From a virus (Duplodnaviria > Heunggongvirae > Uroviricota > Caudoviricetes), in IMG/VR virus record IMGVR_UViG_3300014204_000001, positions 10,011-74,010 of that record: 64,000 nucleotides of DNA; one strand, 5' to 3'. The notes under the pieces are model-generated. The model searched no databases, was not told where the DNA came from, and saw only the letters and a list, made by a program, of their open reading frames with translations. Every line of letters begins with the position of its first letter. The first letter of the stretch is position 1. The position numbers and the translations under genes were made by a program. Below, one piece after another: positions 1-10,319 of this stretch.

Positions 1-2
1 GC

Positions 3-1070
3 CACGGAAAGCGATACGGTTACCGCAACGCACAGGCCACCCTGCTCGCGCCCACGGGCACCATCGCCTTCATGATGGACTGTGATACCACCAGCGGTGA
101 GCCCGCGGTGGCGCTGGTCACGTACAAGAAACTGGTAGGCGGCGGGACGCTGAAGATGCCGCTTCTCTGCGTGGAGGACGCGCTGAAGTCCCTGGGCTAC
201 TCGGCCGATGAGCGAAAGCAGATCACCGAGCACATCGCCAACACCGATGGCCTGCTGCCGGAGTTGTTGAAGTCTGGACACGTAAAGGTCTTCGAGACGG
301 CCCTAGGCAACCACCAGGTGAGTCTCGAAGGACACCTGCAGATGATGGCTGCCCAGCAGCCGTTCCTCTCGGGAGCTATCTCGAAGACGGTCAACCTGCC
401 CGAGACGGCGACCGTGGAGGACTTCTCCAGGGCCTACATGCAGGCGTGGCAGCTCGGTCTCAAGGCTGTCGCGCTCTACCGGAACAACTGCAAGCTGAGT
501 CAGCCGGCCAATGCCAAGGCGAGCAAGAAGGAAGCAGCCGCCGCTTCCGCACAGGGTTCTCTTCAGTGGGGTAAGCGCAAGCGCCTACCTGATACCCGCA
601 AGAGCATCACGCACAAGTTCACCGTGGGAGGCCAGGAGGGCTACCTCTTCGTTGGCCTGAATCCTGAGGGGCAGCCCGCGGAGATCTTCATCGAGATTTC
701 CAAGGAAGGCTCCACGCTGTCGGGCCTGCTCAACATGGCCTGCATCAGTATGTCCATTGCGCTCCAGCACGGCGCACCGCTCAAGACCCTGGTGGAGAAG
801 TTCAAGGACACCAAGTTCGAGCCGCACGGGTTCACGAGCAATGCCGACATCCGGCGGGTATCATCGCTGGCGGACTACATCGCCAGGTGGCTTGCGCAGA
901 CCTTCCTCGGTGAGGGAGAGGCGTGCGAGCCTGCAGCGGAGTCCCTCGTGAAGGCCGTGGAGACGAGCAACTACAGCGGCCCGCCCTGCTCCAACTGCGG
1001 AAACCTTACAGTCCGCCAGAGCTCTTGTTGGCTCTGCCCAACCTGTGGTACCACTACTGGATGTAGCTAA
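3..1070 (+). CDS. nrdJ: Class II (B12-dependent) ribonucleotide reductase, 3' part (5' end outside window)
   Basis: Frame is open from the window edge: YRNAQATLLAPTGTIAFMMDC, then HLQMMAAQQPFLSGAISKTVNLP and KAVALYR; C-terminal TSCPD-like domain (RKRLPDTRKSITHKF) and CxxC..CxxC Zn ribbon. Confidence 0.93.
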   Translation, partial: HGKRYGYRNAQATLLAPTGTIAFMMDCDTTSGEPAVALVTYKKLVGGGTLKMPLLCVEDALKSLGYSADERKQITEHIANTDGLLPELLKSGHVKVFETALGNHQVSLEGHLQMMAAQQPFLSGAISKTVNLPETATVEDFSRAYMQAWQLGLKAVALYRNNCKLSQPANAKASKKEAAAASAQGSLQWGKRKRLPDTRKSITHKFTVGGQEGYLFVGLNPEGQPAEIFIEISKEGSTLSGLLNMACISMSIALQHGAPLKTLVEKFKDTKFEPHGFTSNADIRRVSSLADYIARWLAQTFLGEGEACEPAAESLVKAVETSNYSGPPCSNCGNLTVRQSSCWLCPTCGTTTGCS

Positions 1071-1077
1071 CGTTTGA

Positions 1078-1118
1078 CGGATCTGCGCAGCAATGACTGT
1101 TGCGCAGATCCGTTTCTT
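1078..1118 (+). terminator. Rho-independent terminator after nrdJ
   Basis: CGGATCTGCGCAGCA / TGTTGCGCAGATCCG stem followed by TTTCTT. Confidence 0.75.
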
Positions 1119-1209
1119 CCGAGGTTTTCGTGGTTGATACGTCCGATACGCGTCTTCGATTACTTCGCCATGAGGTTGTTGAAGATCGTTACCGAAAGGC
1201 TAGATTCCA

Positions 1210-1422
1210 ATGTATCTGTGTAGCAACTGCGAACAGGAAGTCGATCTGGCAGCAGATCGTGATGGCGGCTGTCTCGTGCTTAGGCAAGCGGGTAGCGTAG
1301 TCGCCGCGCTGTGCCCCAAGTGCACTCAAAATGTTCAGCTAGCAAAGGTGGTGATCAAGCGCCAGGATGTTGAAGGCCTATTCGTCTATGCACAGTATCA
1401 ACCCTGCATCAGCGGAAGTTGA
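1210..1422 (+). CDS. Small Cys-rich hypothetical protein
   Basis: 70 aa with CSNC and CPKC; abuts the next gene. Confidence 0.6.
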   Translation: MYLCSNCEQEVDLAADRDGGCLVLRQAGSVVAALCPKCTQNVQLAKVVIKRQDVEGLFVYAQYQPCISGS

Positions 1423-1953
1423 GTGGCGCTTTCTGTTCAGACGCTCATTGACGAGCTTATGAGGCTGGAGCACCCAGCGAATGCTCGAGAAGCAGCGGAG
1501 AAGTGGTTTGCTGCTTGGTGGAAGTATGCCCGAAGTATGAAACACCTGGCTGGTAATGGGGAGGCTGTGGCCAAGGCTCCATTCATCCGGATCCTCAAGC
1601 TGGCCTTCGTGGGAAAGGCCACGTCGCCAGCTTTTTTTAGCCTCTACAGCAGTGCCATGGCGGCAGCCTGGGTGGCGCTGGGTACGCCTGCAACATTGCT
1701 GCAAGATGAACCCGTGCAGAACATGTATACGCGGCTGAGCGTCAATCCCACGCTGATACCTCTAACGCCCACGATCACGCCCATGATTGAAGTTATGGGG
1801 AGGGGTGCGAAGAGCAACAAGAGACCTTCACGCGAGTTCCTGGGGCGTCAGGTACACGCCTGGACGAAGACTTTCACGGTCAACGCGCAGGTGTACCAAA
1901 CCTCGTCTAACGGCCTGATACTGGTTCCTACTGCCCCTCTGCTCTTTGGATAA
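1423..1953 (+). CDS. Hypothetical protein
   Basis: 176-aa ORF directly after the previous stop. Confidence 0.7.
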   Translation: MALSVQTLIDELMRLEHPANAREAAEKWFAAWWKYARSMKHLAGNGEAVAKAPFIRILKLAFVGKATSPAFFSLYSSAMAAAWVALGTPATLLQDEPVQNMYTRLSVNPTLIPLTPTITPMIEVMGRGAKSNKRPSREFLGRQVHAWTKTFTVNAQVYQTSSNGLILVPTAPLLFG

Positions 1954-2365
1954 CGAAGCGCTCGAGCGCGACGCCTGTGAGGACCAGTACCAACGCGCCA
2001 GCAATGGTCCATCCCAGGCCAGGCATTTTGTTCGACTCAGCCTTGTTGGCACGCTGAATCGCATCCTTGAGCATCTTGTCAAGCTGCTGGTTATTGTCTA
2101 CAACGACCGCGGTCGCAGCCTTCTGCGTTTCGAGCGCTGCCTTGAACTCATCTACGGCGAGGTACAGGTCCAGGTTAATACGCTGCAACTGAGGGGCAAT
2201 CTCCCGGTGCATCAGGAGCTCGCTGTCCAGCTCGAGCAAAAGCTTAGCGTCTTCGAAGCCATAGCAGGCCTCGTTGCCCTTCATGTGCCACTTCGGCAGC
2301 ACCTGCTGCGCCATCACAGTAGACGGCAACAGCCCGATCAATAGCGCAGCGATAAGCTTCTTCAC
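1928..2365 (-). CDS. Exported coiled-coil protein with C-terminal TM helix (possible spanin-like)
   Basis: Signal peptide MKKLIAALLIGLLPSTVMA, coiled coil, C-terminal hydrophobic helix. Confidence 0.7.
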   Translation of the reverse strand: MKKLIAALLIGLLPSTVMAQQVLPKWHMKGNEACYGFEDAKLLLELDSELLMHREIAPQLQRINLDLYLAVDEFKAALETQKAATAVVVDNNQQLDKMLKDAIQRANKAESNKMPGLGWTIAGALVLVLTGVALERFVIQRAEGQ

Positions 2366-2793
2366 GGGGTAACCCCTGCGAGCTTGTTCAACGCGTCCCA
2401 GTCACCAGACTTGATGGTCTGAAGGGCCTTTACGCGGTTCTCATGACGCTCCTCGGCAGCCTTGGCCTCTTCTTCAAGCACCGCGGCGTGCGCTAGCATT
2501 TCGTTGGCAGACGCCTCGAGCGCTGAGGCCTGGTCAGTCAGCTCTTTCAATTTGGCACGTACAGCCATCTGCTGAGCTTCCAACTTCAGGAGCTCCAGCT
2601 CAGCACGCGTTTGTGCAAGCTCTGCGGCCTTCTTGTCGAGTTGGCGCCGTACGTACCAGAGGCTGAGCGCGAGTAGAGCGCCGCCAAGGAGCTTCCAGAT
2701 CCAGGACTTGCTTTCGGTCGCTAGATCCAAGGCTATCTTGGCAGCGTCCTGGATCTTGGTATCAAGCTCTTTTTCATTAGGAGTATCAGCCAC
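2362..2793 (-). CDS. Single-TM coiled-coil protein (i-spanin-like)
   Basis: GTG start (MADTP) overlapping the tail-fibre stop; TM WIWKLLGGALLALSLWYV then a long coiled coil. Confidence 0.65.
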   Translation of the reverse strand: MADTPNEKELDTKIQDAAKIALDLATESKSWIWKLLGGALLALSLWYVRRQLDKKAAELAQTRAELELLKLEAQQMAVRAKLKELTDQASALEASANEMLAHAAVLEEEAKAAEERHENRVKALQTIKSGDWDALNKLAGVTP

Positions 2794-5353
2794 GGCTGCC
2801 CCAGGTAGGCTCGATGAGAAGGTAGTCCAGATAGAGGACGTGCACGCCGTCCACGTCTCCCGAGTTAACGCGGATATAGGGTTGGAGTTTGGTGCCTGCC
2901 GCGGGTACGTCTGTGGTGTTACGTCCAACTTCCTTGTCGCCTATAAAGAATTTTGCCAGGCCAGACGTGAGTTCGATACGCCATACAGTGCTACCGTTGA
3001 TAACAGTCACCCCGCTATCCACGGTTGTTTCGCCGATATTTACGCAGTGGCACTTTATGTTAGGGTCGGTATTACTCAGATAAAAGCGAGCGCACGCAGA
3101 TCCTTCTACGTCCAAAAAGCCTGCCTCAATGTCGTACACTCCATTGAGGGGGTTATACCCCATAGAGGTCTCGAGCACGAGTTTGGTGGGGTTCGCGGCG
3201 CTTCCGCCAGGCATTGGGAGCGTCCAGACGTCATTCCCACTAAGTAGCGCATAGCCACCGATATCAGTCCCTGGATCTAACAGAAGACTCCCGTCATTAG
3301 CGAGTGCGTAGGTGGTTGCAGCGCCAGTTCCGCTGGTTACGAGGGTCAACTCCCCAACAGTATCGTCTCGAAAGTGATTGAGGTAGCTGAGGCCGTTATG
3401 AGCAGGCAGCAGCCGCGGATATTCGACGCGCATGTCGGAGATCGTACAACGATTAACAGTAACACCCGTCTGACAGTAGGTAACCGTGAACGTGTGTTTA
3501 CCTGCGCCAGCGAACACACGGACATCGTGTACTGTTTTGTCCACGGGGAAGACATAACTGTGGACGGACACGCCATCACAGTAAACGTAGAAACCGTCAC
3601 CAGCATTTGCGAGCTTGATGTCAAGCTCGAGGACAAGATAACCCGCTTTGGCAAAGACAGCATCCCACTGGAGGCCTGCCACGTTGGCCAGTGCGAGATT
3701 ATCCACTTGAAGCGCGTTGCCATCGTACGCCCACGCGCCGGTTGAAGGCCCATACTCCGGGAGGGCCAGTCCAATATCCATCTGACTATTTGAAAACGGT
3801 GCTTTTTGGATCTCGGTCACAGGACCAATAGGGATAATGCGGTCCAGTTTGTCCTTGTCCGCAAGGGCCATGAAGCCCGCGGCCATACTCGTAGCCTCTG
3901 CGTGAAGCAGACCGCCTGTCAGATTCCCATGCGCGTGTACATGGTCCGTGCGCGCCAGGGTGAGGGCCACACCGGGGGCTGCCACCCCTAGGTTCTCTGG
4001 ATCACTCAGGTTCGTTGGCAGATCGGCGATAAGGTGGCTGTGACTCGCTGCAGCCTTGTCCGTATCGAGCTCATTGATCGCCGCCTGCACAGTCGTCGCA
4101 GACACTCCACCTGCTGGCGTGTTGGCGATTTTCGTGGCTGCGATGGCCGCAGTGTCAGAAACTTGCGTATTCGTAATTGAGCCCGCTAGAAGCTTCGACG
4201 CGGCGATGTTTGCATCTGACGAGATATGGTTGTCCTCGATGACGTCCAAGGCCAGTGTGTGAACATGATCACTGGCGGAGTACGTACGCGCCGTGCCAGC
4301 TACTGCAACGGTAGCGACACTCTGAGGGGCCACCGTGGAAGCGGTCAGGCTGTTGACCTGGACGACACTCGTGGCACCCGGCGGAAGGGCTACTCCATTG
4401 AGGAGGTGCAGCACCCCACCCTGGACTCGGGCGATGGGGATCGCCAAGGGCGCCTTCTCCGGGTTGAGGCGCACAACGAAGAGGTTGCCGTCACAGTTGG
4501 CACCAGTCTCAGGTGCATCTGCAATAGCTTGGCGCCGGCCACCTTGGGTGGGCAGGGTAAGGGCGCCGTAGTAGATGGCAAGAACGTCACCCTCAAGGAG
4601 ACGGCAAGCTGCATCCGCGTCGAAGAACGCAGCAAGCCCTGCCGCAGTGAGCGTGTGCTGCTCCGCCTCGAGCGCGCCAGACAGTGCACCGGAGGTGATG
4701 CCCACGGTGGTCAGGACGCCTGCGCCTGCTTCTCCAGCAACCAGGTCAGCGCTTAGGCCAAGCGTGACACAGACAGCACTGGCATTGACGGCGTCGATTA
4801 GAGCCTGCCGGGTAGTTCCAGTGACAGCCGTGGAGTCGTAGGTGATCTGGACATTGTCCAGGGGGTCACCCTCGACCGTCACGGCGAGCGCAGCACCAGC
4901 GGAGCCGACGAGATCGACGGTGATCTTGTTTGCGCCGCTGTAGGCGCGCGGCGGTGTTTCGCCGCCAACGCGCGAGGTGACAGTGGAGAACTTGACGCCG
5001 AGCAGTGTAGCCGTTGCTGGGGTGGTTACCGCCGGCGCGAGGAAGGGGCGGATGGTCAGCTCGGCCTCAGGCTCAAGGATGAGGCAGCCCGAGTTGAGCA
5101 CACCAGGGTCATACACCCCAACCCAGGAGACGGAGCCCGTGGCAGTCATCAGGAGCGCGCGGTCAGCGTCGGCGAGGTACTTGTTGTCCTCAAGTTCGCG
5201 TCGTACCGTTTCAGTGCGCTCACGGACAATGTCGAGGGGCCGATTGAAGATGGCCGCGTTTCCACGCTCACCATCTTCGTATGGTTGAACCGACGCCAGG
5301 TTGTCCTCGCCGGAGTCATTCGGGGTTTCGAAGTCGACGTTTTGGTTAGCCAT
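2786..5353 (-). CDS. Tail fibre / receptor-binding protein
   Basis: 855 aa, Ala/Thr/Gly-rich, repeated DHVH/HSH motifs, distal to the baseplate genes. Confidence 0.75.
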   Translation of the reverse strand: MANQNVDFETPNDSGEDNLASVQPYEDGERGNAAIFNRPLDIVRERTETVRRELEDNKYLADADRALLMTATGSVSWVGVYDPGVLNSGCLILEPEAELTIRPFLAPAVTTPATATLLGVKFSTVTSRVGGETPPRAYSGANKITVDLVGSAGAALAVTVEGDPLDNVQITYDSTAVTGTTRQALIDAVNASAVCVTLGLSADLVAGEAGAGVLTTVGITSGALSGALEAEQHTLTAAGLAAFFDADAACRLLEGDVLAIYYGALTLPTQGGRRQAIADAPETGANCDGNLFVVRLNPEKAPLAIPIARVQGGVLHLLNGVALPPGATSVVQVNSLTASTVAPQSVATVAVAGTARTYSASDHVHTLALDVIEDNHISSDANIAASKLLAGSITNTQVSDTAAIAATKIANTPAGGVSATTVQAAINELDTDKAAASHSHLIADLPTNLSDPENLGVAAPGVALTLARTDHVHAHGNLTGGLLHAEATSMAAGFMALADKDKLDRIIPIGPVTEIQKAPFSNSQMDIGLALPEYGPSTGAWAYDGNALQVDNLALANVAGLQWDAVFAKAGYLVLELDIKLANAGDGFYVYCDGVSVHSYVFPVDKTVHDVRVFAGAGKHTFTVTYCQTGVTVNRCTISDMRVEYPRLLPAHNGLSYLNHFRDDTVGELTLVTSGTGAATTYALANDGSLLLDPGTDIGGYALLSGNDVWTLPMPGGSAANPTKLVLETSMGYNPLNGVYDIEAGFLDVEGSACARFYLSNTDPNIKCHCVNIGETTVDSGVTVINGSTVWRIELTSGLAKFFIGDKEVGRNTTDVPAAGTKLQPYIRVNSGDVDGVHVLYLDYLLIEPTWGSRG

Positions 5354-5365
5354 CGGGTAGCCTCG

Positions 5366-5869
5366 TTACGCAGTAATGGTGATGCGCCAGTCGTAGTCGA
5401 ACACCAAGGCGTCGTTTTTGGCGATGCCCGCATGCGTCTGGCGTGAAAAGATTTTGTCGTTCATCATGCCGATTGCCGCTTCGGTCAGCATGGACCCATT
5501 CGCCTGATCTGCGCCAAGCGTAGCGAGGACCCGTATTTCGAAAGGGTCTGCTGTCTGAGAGGTCTGTGTGCTTTCCTGCGTCAGCGCGATGTTGACGGGT
5601 GGGATAAGTGGGGCAGCCAGATCGAAGTCGCTCCGCAAAGGGAGGGTTATGCCTGTGCCTACGCGGATCTCCTTGAATCGGTAGTCCACCATCGGATCAG
5701 TCTGACGGAACACGTTTACCAGGGCTGTCAAGCCATCGGCAGTAATAGTGTTTTTGATCTGAAGACGCCGAATGACGGTTCCAGTCTTTACACAGCGAAC
5801 GGCAATGCGAAGATCGCCGCGAGCGATGCAGTTCTCGCTCTTCACAGATGGGGTAGACATGTAGAACAC
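5366..5869 (-). CDS. Baseplate / tail-fibre attachment protein
   Basis: NTIT..G..AL...GTG...NG..LTEA....FSR pattern typical of tail-collar proteins; position. Confidence 0.6.
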   Translation of the reverse strand: MFYMSTPSVKSENCIARGDLRIAVRCVKTGTVIRRLQIKNTITADGLTALVNVFRQTDPMVDYRFKEIRVGTGITLPLRSDFDLAAPLIPPVNIALTQESTQTSQTADPFEIRVLATLGADQANGSMLTEAAIGMMNDKIFSRQTHAGIAKNDALVFDYDWRITITA

Positions 5870-5898
5870 CTTACCAGTAAGGGAGCCACTAGTATAGC

Positions 5899-7929
5899 TT
5901 AGGCAGCTGCTCGAGGAGTTACAGAGAGCACGTGTTCGAGGACGGCACTGGAAGCCTCTTCTATATACGGGTTGAGACCTCCGATGACGAGGTTTACGCC
6001 GATACCTGGTGACACGAGTGCGCCCCCATGGGCTTCAGCATAACCCATCTCGCCGCCAATGAAGACATCGTTACCGATGCAGAAGTGATTATCACAAAGG
6101 AAGAGAGGATCCTGCAGAGTGCGCCGCGCAGTGTTGCTAAGGACGTCAACCAGCGAGATATTTTCCTCGAACTGCGTGAATGGCCGGAAGTATACCATCG
6201 TGTGCGCAGGCTTAACCTCGCGCACCAACTGCTGAAGGTCGTTGATGATCACGCCCGTCATGTCGATGGACGGGTCAATGTTCACCATGAACAGGTGCAT
6301 CTTCAGGACACGATCAAGTAGGATGAATGAGGCTCGGTGTCTGACGGGGTACTCCGTGACGAATCCGTCCTCGTCGGCTCCGATGTACAGCCCGGGATCC
6401 CCGATGTTGAAGTCGCCACCAGGCCCCATTTGGTTCGGGTACAGGGTAGGTGACACAATGCGGCGGGGGTATTCCTGTTCAGGAAGCAACTCCTGCGGAA
6501 TGGTGATGTGGTGCCACCACTCGGGATCCTCGAGGTAGTCGGTGACCTGAACTGCCGTTGTCAGAGGCTCGAAGGCTCGCAGCGTCAGCTTATCGAAGTT
6601 CGCAGGGTCTTTGACATCGTCACGCACTGGTATTGCTCGCGGGTATGCATATGTGCGCGCGCTTGTGATCACTCGCTGCAAGCCGTCATAGGAGAATTCC
6701 CAGGCGATGTAACCCACGTCATCGGCGAAGGATCCCGTTGTGCGGTGGATTCGAATGCGCTGGGGGTCGATGTACTCAGTGACAGTGAACGTACCCAAAT
6801 TCGCCGCTAGGGTTGCATTCTTGATGCTGAGCAGGCCTCCGACGTAGTTGGGTAGGAACGTCGTCGCGGCGGAATAGAGAATCGTAGTATCCGCGTCGGA
6901 GCTTTCGAGGCTGGAGCCACTCGCGATGTTGATTAGCCCAGAGTCATAGCCTAGAACGGTCTCGGAGTCATCTCTCGCGACCTCCAGGTTGGCGACCACG
7001 TTGAGCGCACTTTCGACGCGCTCGATGGCAGGACCAAAGGTGTACAACTGCATCAGGCCGCGAATGAACGCTCGATAGGCTTCAGTCGAGCGCTGTTTGT
7101 CGCCGAAGAGGTAGCCAAAGGTTTCGAATAGCCGGCCATCGTCGACTTCCACGTCGACAGCCCAGAACGCAAGCTCGTAAACCTCGAGCGTGGTCGTGCG
7201 ATCCAACGTTCCGTCGTACGTATTTCGTTCGGCAACTAGCTTACGTTCGCCCTTAGAGTAGCGGCGCATCAACTTCCAGGTGTAGGCCTCGGCCATGTTC
7301 GCGGCTTGCGGCGGAACGGTGGGCAGGGGTGTGTCGCGAGAAATGGCAACGCGGCCGGGCGCGACGTGTACGACCTTGAGTGTGGTGTAGGGTGCTCCTG
7401 GCTGCGAGAGGTACAACTCTAGCTCGTCACCAGGCTGTGCATCGTCGAGCCCAGGACTCACGACGAAACCGGACACCGCGACCGTGAGTTGCCTGCGAGC
7501 AAACGCTTGGGTCTCTTCCGCATCAAAGGGGTTTGCGACGAAGCCGATATTGCCATCAATGATCTCGTAATCCACCCCTTGTTCCAACGCAGCAGTGGCG
7601 GAGAACACCTTGTTTTGAAGCTGTGGCACTCGATTGATCGGCTCAGTTGGATAGTAGACATACCGGTTCTGAAGTGGGATGTCTGTGGCGTAATAGACGA
7701 GCTGATCCTGGCGGATCGTGTAGAGTTTGTAGTACTCCTTGCGGAACAGCGGAGTCTCGGTCACCGCGATGTTCAGCACGTCGTTCAGTAGGTTGAGGTA
7801 ATGCTGTCCCAGGAGGATCTCAGTCCCCTCGTAGATACCCTGGATGTCGCCGATATCCTTGAAGTAGCGCAGCCAGAAATCGGACAAGCCATGGAGCAGC
7901 GTATCAGCGTCATTTCCGATCAGGGCCAT
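5899..7929 (-). CDS. Baseplate wedge protein
   Basis: 676 aa immediately downstream of the baseplate J-like gene. Confidence 0.6.
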   Translation of the reverse strand: MALIGNDADTLLHGLSDFWLRYFKDIGDIQGIYEGTEILLGQHYLNLLNDVLNIAVTETPLFRKEYYKLYTIRQDQLVYYATDIPLQNRYVYYPTEPINRVPQLQNKVFSATAALEQGVDYEIIDGNIGFVANPFDAEETQAFARRQLTVAVSGFVVSPGLDDAQPGDELELYLSQPGAPYTTLKVVHVAPGRVAISRDTPLPTVPPQAANMAEAYTWKLMRRYSKGERKLVAERNTYDGTLDRTTTLEVYELAFWAVDVEVDDGRLFETFGYLFGDKQRSTEAYRAFIRGLMQLYTFGPAIERVESALNVVANLEVARDDSETVLGYDSGLINIASGSSLESSDADTTILYSAATTFLPNYVGGLLSIKNATLAANLGTFTVTEYIDPQRIRIHRTTGSFADDVGYIAWEFSYDGLQRVITSARTYAYPRAIPVRDDVKDPANFDKLTLRAFEPLTTAVQVTDYLEDPEWWHHITIPQELLPEQEYPRRIVSPTLYPNQMGPGGDFNIGDPGLYIGADEDGFVTEYPVRHRASFILLDRVLKMHLFMVNIDPSIDMTGVIINDLQQLVREVKPAHTMVYFRPFTQFEENISLVDVLSNTARRTLQDPLFLCDNHFCIGNDVFIGGEMGYAEAHGGALVSPGIGVNLVIGGLNPYIEEASSAVLEHVLSVTPRAAA

Positions 7930-7932
7930 CAG

Positions 7933-9867
7933 TTACCTCGTAGTGATCGTGATGAGCGACGCGCTCGAGACGTATCGGACGGTGCGGTCGCTCACGCCGA
8001 GGTCCTGCAGCTGCACGGCCAGAGAAACAGGCGCGCGAAGATCACCAGGTTCGTTGATCAGGTACGCGGAGTTGTCCGTAGCAGGCTGCACAGTGATGAC
8101 ATCATCAGTTCTGAAATGGTATAGCTGGCCATCAGGAGCGTGCAGGCTGTAGCGTACTTGCAGTGGATCGAAGACGATACCAAGCGCAGGGAACTGGGAG
8201 CGTAGGTAGTGCCCTAGTTCCGTGACATCGAGGGCTTTCGACGGGTCGAAGTCGTTGATGTACGCGGCAAGACTTCGCGCCACGAGGTCCTTGTCGATGG
8301 CTGTGTTGGGGCGGCATTCGACGAGGACGGAGATGTACACTGGGTGAAACGCCCTGACGAGTCCGTTTGAGCAAAGGACACGCTCGAAGCGGTCAGTCAC
8401 GTGGTTTTGGATAGCGTCGTAACCGGAGACCGTCTCGTAGGTGACCCGCAACTGCTTGCTAGCGTGGGTGGAGTGCACGCGGATCTGTGTCATGGCCTGC
8501 CGCGATTGTGCAGTAGCCGGCTCAAGCACGGTAACCTTGTACTGTACATCTGTAGGTTCGCCGACATTGATACGGGTGTTAAGCTGCGTTGTAGTGCCCG
8601 CAGGGGACACGGCTTCGACGCTCTTGATGGCGTAGTGCGGCTGACCCTTGAGGAGAACCGTGTAGTCCTCTTGGTACTTGCGGGATGTGACGCCGGTCAA
8701 GCTTTCATGAGACCCCGTGACAGGGTCGAGAACGATGTTATTGAACGCGGGAGCGGTATACCCCACGCTGTAGCGCACGGTGCCCACCGGATCCAGCTCG
8801 TCGGTCGCCAGGGAGAAGGGGTCTCGCGGCGAGATCGTCAGGGCATGCTGTGCAACGGTCAAGATGCGGAACTCCCGAGGTACTCGCGGGAGTCCTGAGA
8901 CAATACGGAGAACGTGGGATCGGCACACACCAACTCGTATGAAGTCAACATTCTCATCGCGCAGTGTCACCGCACGCCCATCAGGCCTCGCAAACGCGCC
9001 GCCAACAGCGAGGGTCTCAGTTACCTCGGTGCAGGGCAAGTCCAGGTAGATGTCCGTGTGCCCGCCAGTATGCATTCGGAGACCGCTCACGGCTTCCGCG
9101 GCCAGGTCGCGGGTCATCTCTGGATCCCCGAAGCCCACAGTGAGGACCCTTCGTGGGTTGAACAGCTCACGCAATACGGTTGCGATGGAGCGCTCATTCA
9201 CCAGGTTGCGTACTGCGAGAGCTGTTGGCGCTCGCTCGAGTAATGCGGCGGTCGTCTCCTTGTCGTAGCCGCCTGCACCCTCGACGGTGTTCTCTGCATA
9301 AAGGAAGAACGGGTTGAAGGTGTCTGCGCTCACGAACCGCCCTGGCGCGATGTTGTAGTTCGCCCCTGTCTCTTGCGCTACAAACGACACGTTAAGCGTG
9401 TAACCCGTCACTACTCCGTTCGCGTCCCAGGAGGGGCGGAGATCTGACGCGGGGTACACTGTAGGCAGTGTGATGTCAGGAGTGAACGCGCGAGTGGATG
9501 ACTTGAAGAAGCGCGTCGTCGGGGTCAGCGTAACGTCCGTCGAACGCGAGAAGTGAAGCACCGCGGGCGTGCGCGTTACACCCCCTGTTTTCCGGGTGAG
9601 GTACCAATTCGACAGTAGCGCGTCAACAGCGTCGTCCACGCTTTCATCGGCTTCAAGGACGGCAAGTTCGCGCAGTGATTGACGCTTACGCACCGCCTGA
9701 CGTTCAGCCTCCAGGTAGGCGAAGACGTACGCGATGGCCTTGATGGTGATGTCCCTATTCGCCGAACCAGGACTGAAATCAGCGTCAGGGATCCTCGCGG
9801 TCAGGTAGGCTTCGAGGAAAGCATCTGCGCGCGCAACATCTTGCGCTGTAATAGTGATCGTAGCCAT
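7933..9867 (-). CDS. Baseplate J-like (T4 gp6-like) wedge protein
   Basis: DFSPGS..RDI, LLSNWYLTRK.G, AQETGANYNI, GGYDKET...LLERA motifs. Confidence 0.8.
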   Translation of the reverse strand: MATITITAQDVARADAFLEAYLTARIPDADFSPGSANRDITIKAIAYVFAYLEAERQAVRKRQSLRELAVLEADESVDDAVDALLSNWYLTRKTGGVTRTPAVLHFSRSTDVTLTPTTRFFKSSTRAFTPDITLPTVYPASDLRPSWDANGVVTGYTLNVSFVAQETGANYNIAPGRFVSADTFNPFFLYAENTVEGAGGYDKETTAALLERAPTALAVRNLVNERSIATVLRELFNPRRVLTVGFGDPEMTRDLAAEAVSGLRMHTGGHTDIYLDLPCTEVTETLAVGGAFARPDGRAVTLRDENVDFIRVGVCRSHVLRIVSGLPRVPREFRILTVAQHALTISPRDPFSLATDELDPVGTVRYSVGYTAPAFNNIVLDPVTGSHESLTGVTSRKYQEDYTVLLKGQPHYAIKSVEAVSPAGTTTQLNTRINVGEPTDVQYKVTVLEPATAQSRQAMTQIRVHSTHASKQLRVTYETVSGYDAIQNHVTDRFERVLCSNGLVRAFHPVYISVLVECRPNTAIDKDLVARSLAAYINDFDPSKALDVTELGHYLRSQFPALGIVFDPLQVRYSLHAPDGQLYHFRTDDVITVQPATDNSAYLINEPGDLRAPVSLAVQLQDLGVSDRTVRYVSSASLITITTR

Positions 9868-10319
9868 TAGCGCCTCGCGGTATCCGGGAGCTGAAACTGC
9901 ATCGCCAATCCAGCTGAGTTACGGATGGTGACGTAGATGTCGAAGCCACTTCCGGAAACATGCGGCTCAACACGCGTGATGGTAGCGCGATCTAGTCTCT
10001 CATCATCTGGCGGTCGCCGCGCACGATCCATAGTGTACATCTGATTGTTGCAATCATCTATGAAGAGTGTGACCGCGTCCAGCGCGTCCTTTGTGGAGGC
10101 GACGTTACTACCCATCAGCGCAGTAAAGTTGGTACCGTAAGTAGGTTCCCTGGAGTCCGATCCCTTGGGCGTTAGAAGGCACTTCAGCCAACGGTTGATA
10201 AGTTTCTGAGACCCACGAACGGCGATTGAAGCAACGAACCCATATCCGAAGTACTTTCCGGTGCGCTGTTGCTCCTCGGGGTCCAAGAGCTGGAAGTGAG
10301 TATCATAGTTGGTCGCCAT
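9867..10319 (-). CDS. gp25/GPW-like baseplate wedge protein
   Basis: KLINRWLKCLLTPKGSD..EPTYGTNF..L; position before baseplate J. Confidence 0.75.
   Translation of the reverse strand: MATNYDTHFQLLDPEEQQRTGKYFGYGFVASIAVRGSQKLINRWLKCLLTPKGSDSREPTYGTNFTALMGSNVASTKDALDAVTLFIDDCNNQMYTMDRARRPPDDERLDRATITRVEPHVSGSGFDIYVTIRNSAGLAMQFQLPDTARR

Noticed and set aside
5365-5377. GTTAC-GCA-GTAAT as a palindrome copy
   Set aside because: Two mismatches, and it is explained by the ITA-stop codons of the gene end.
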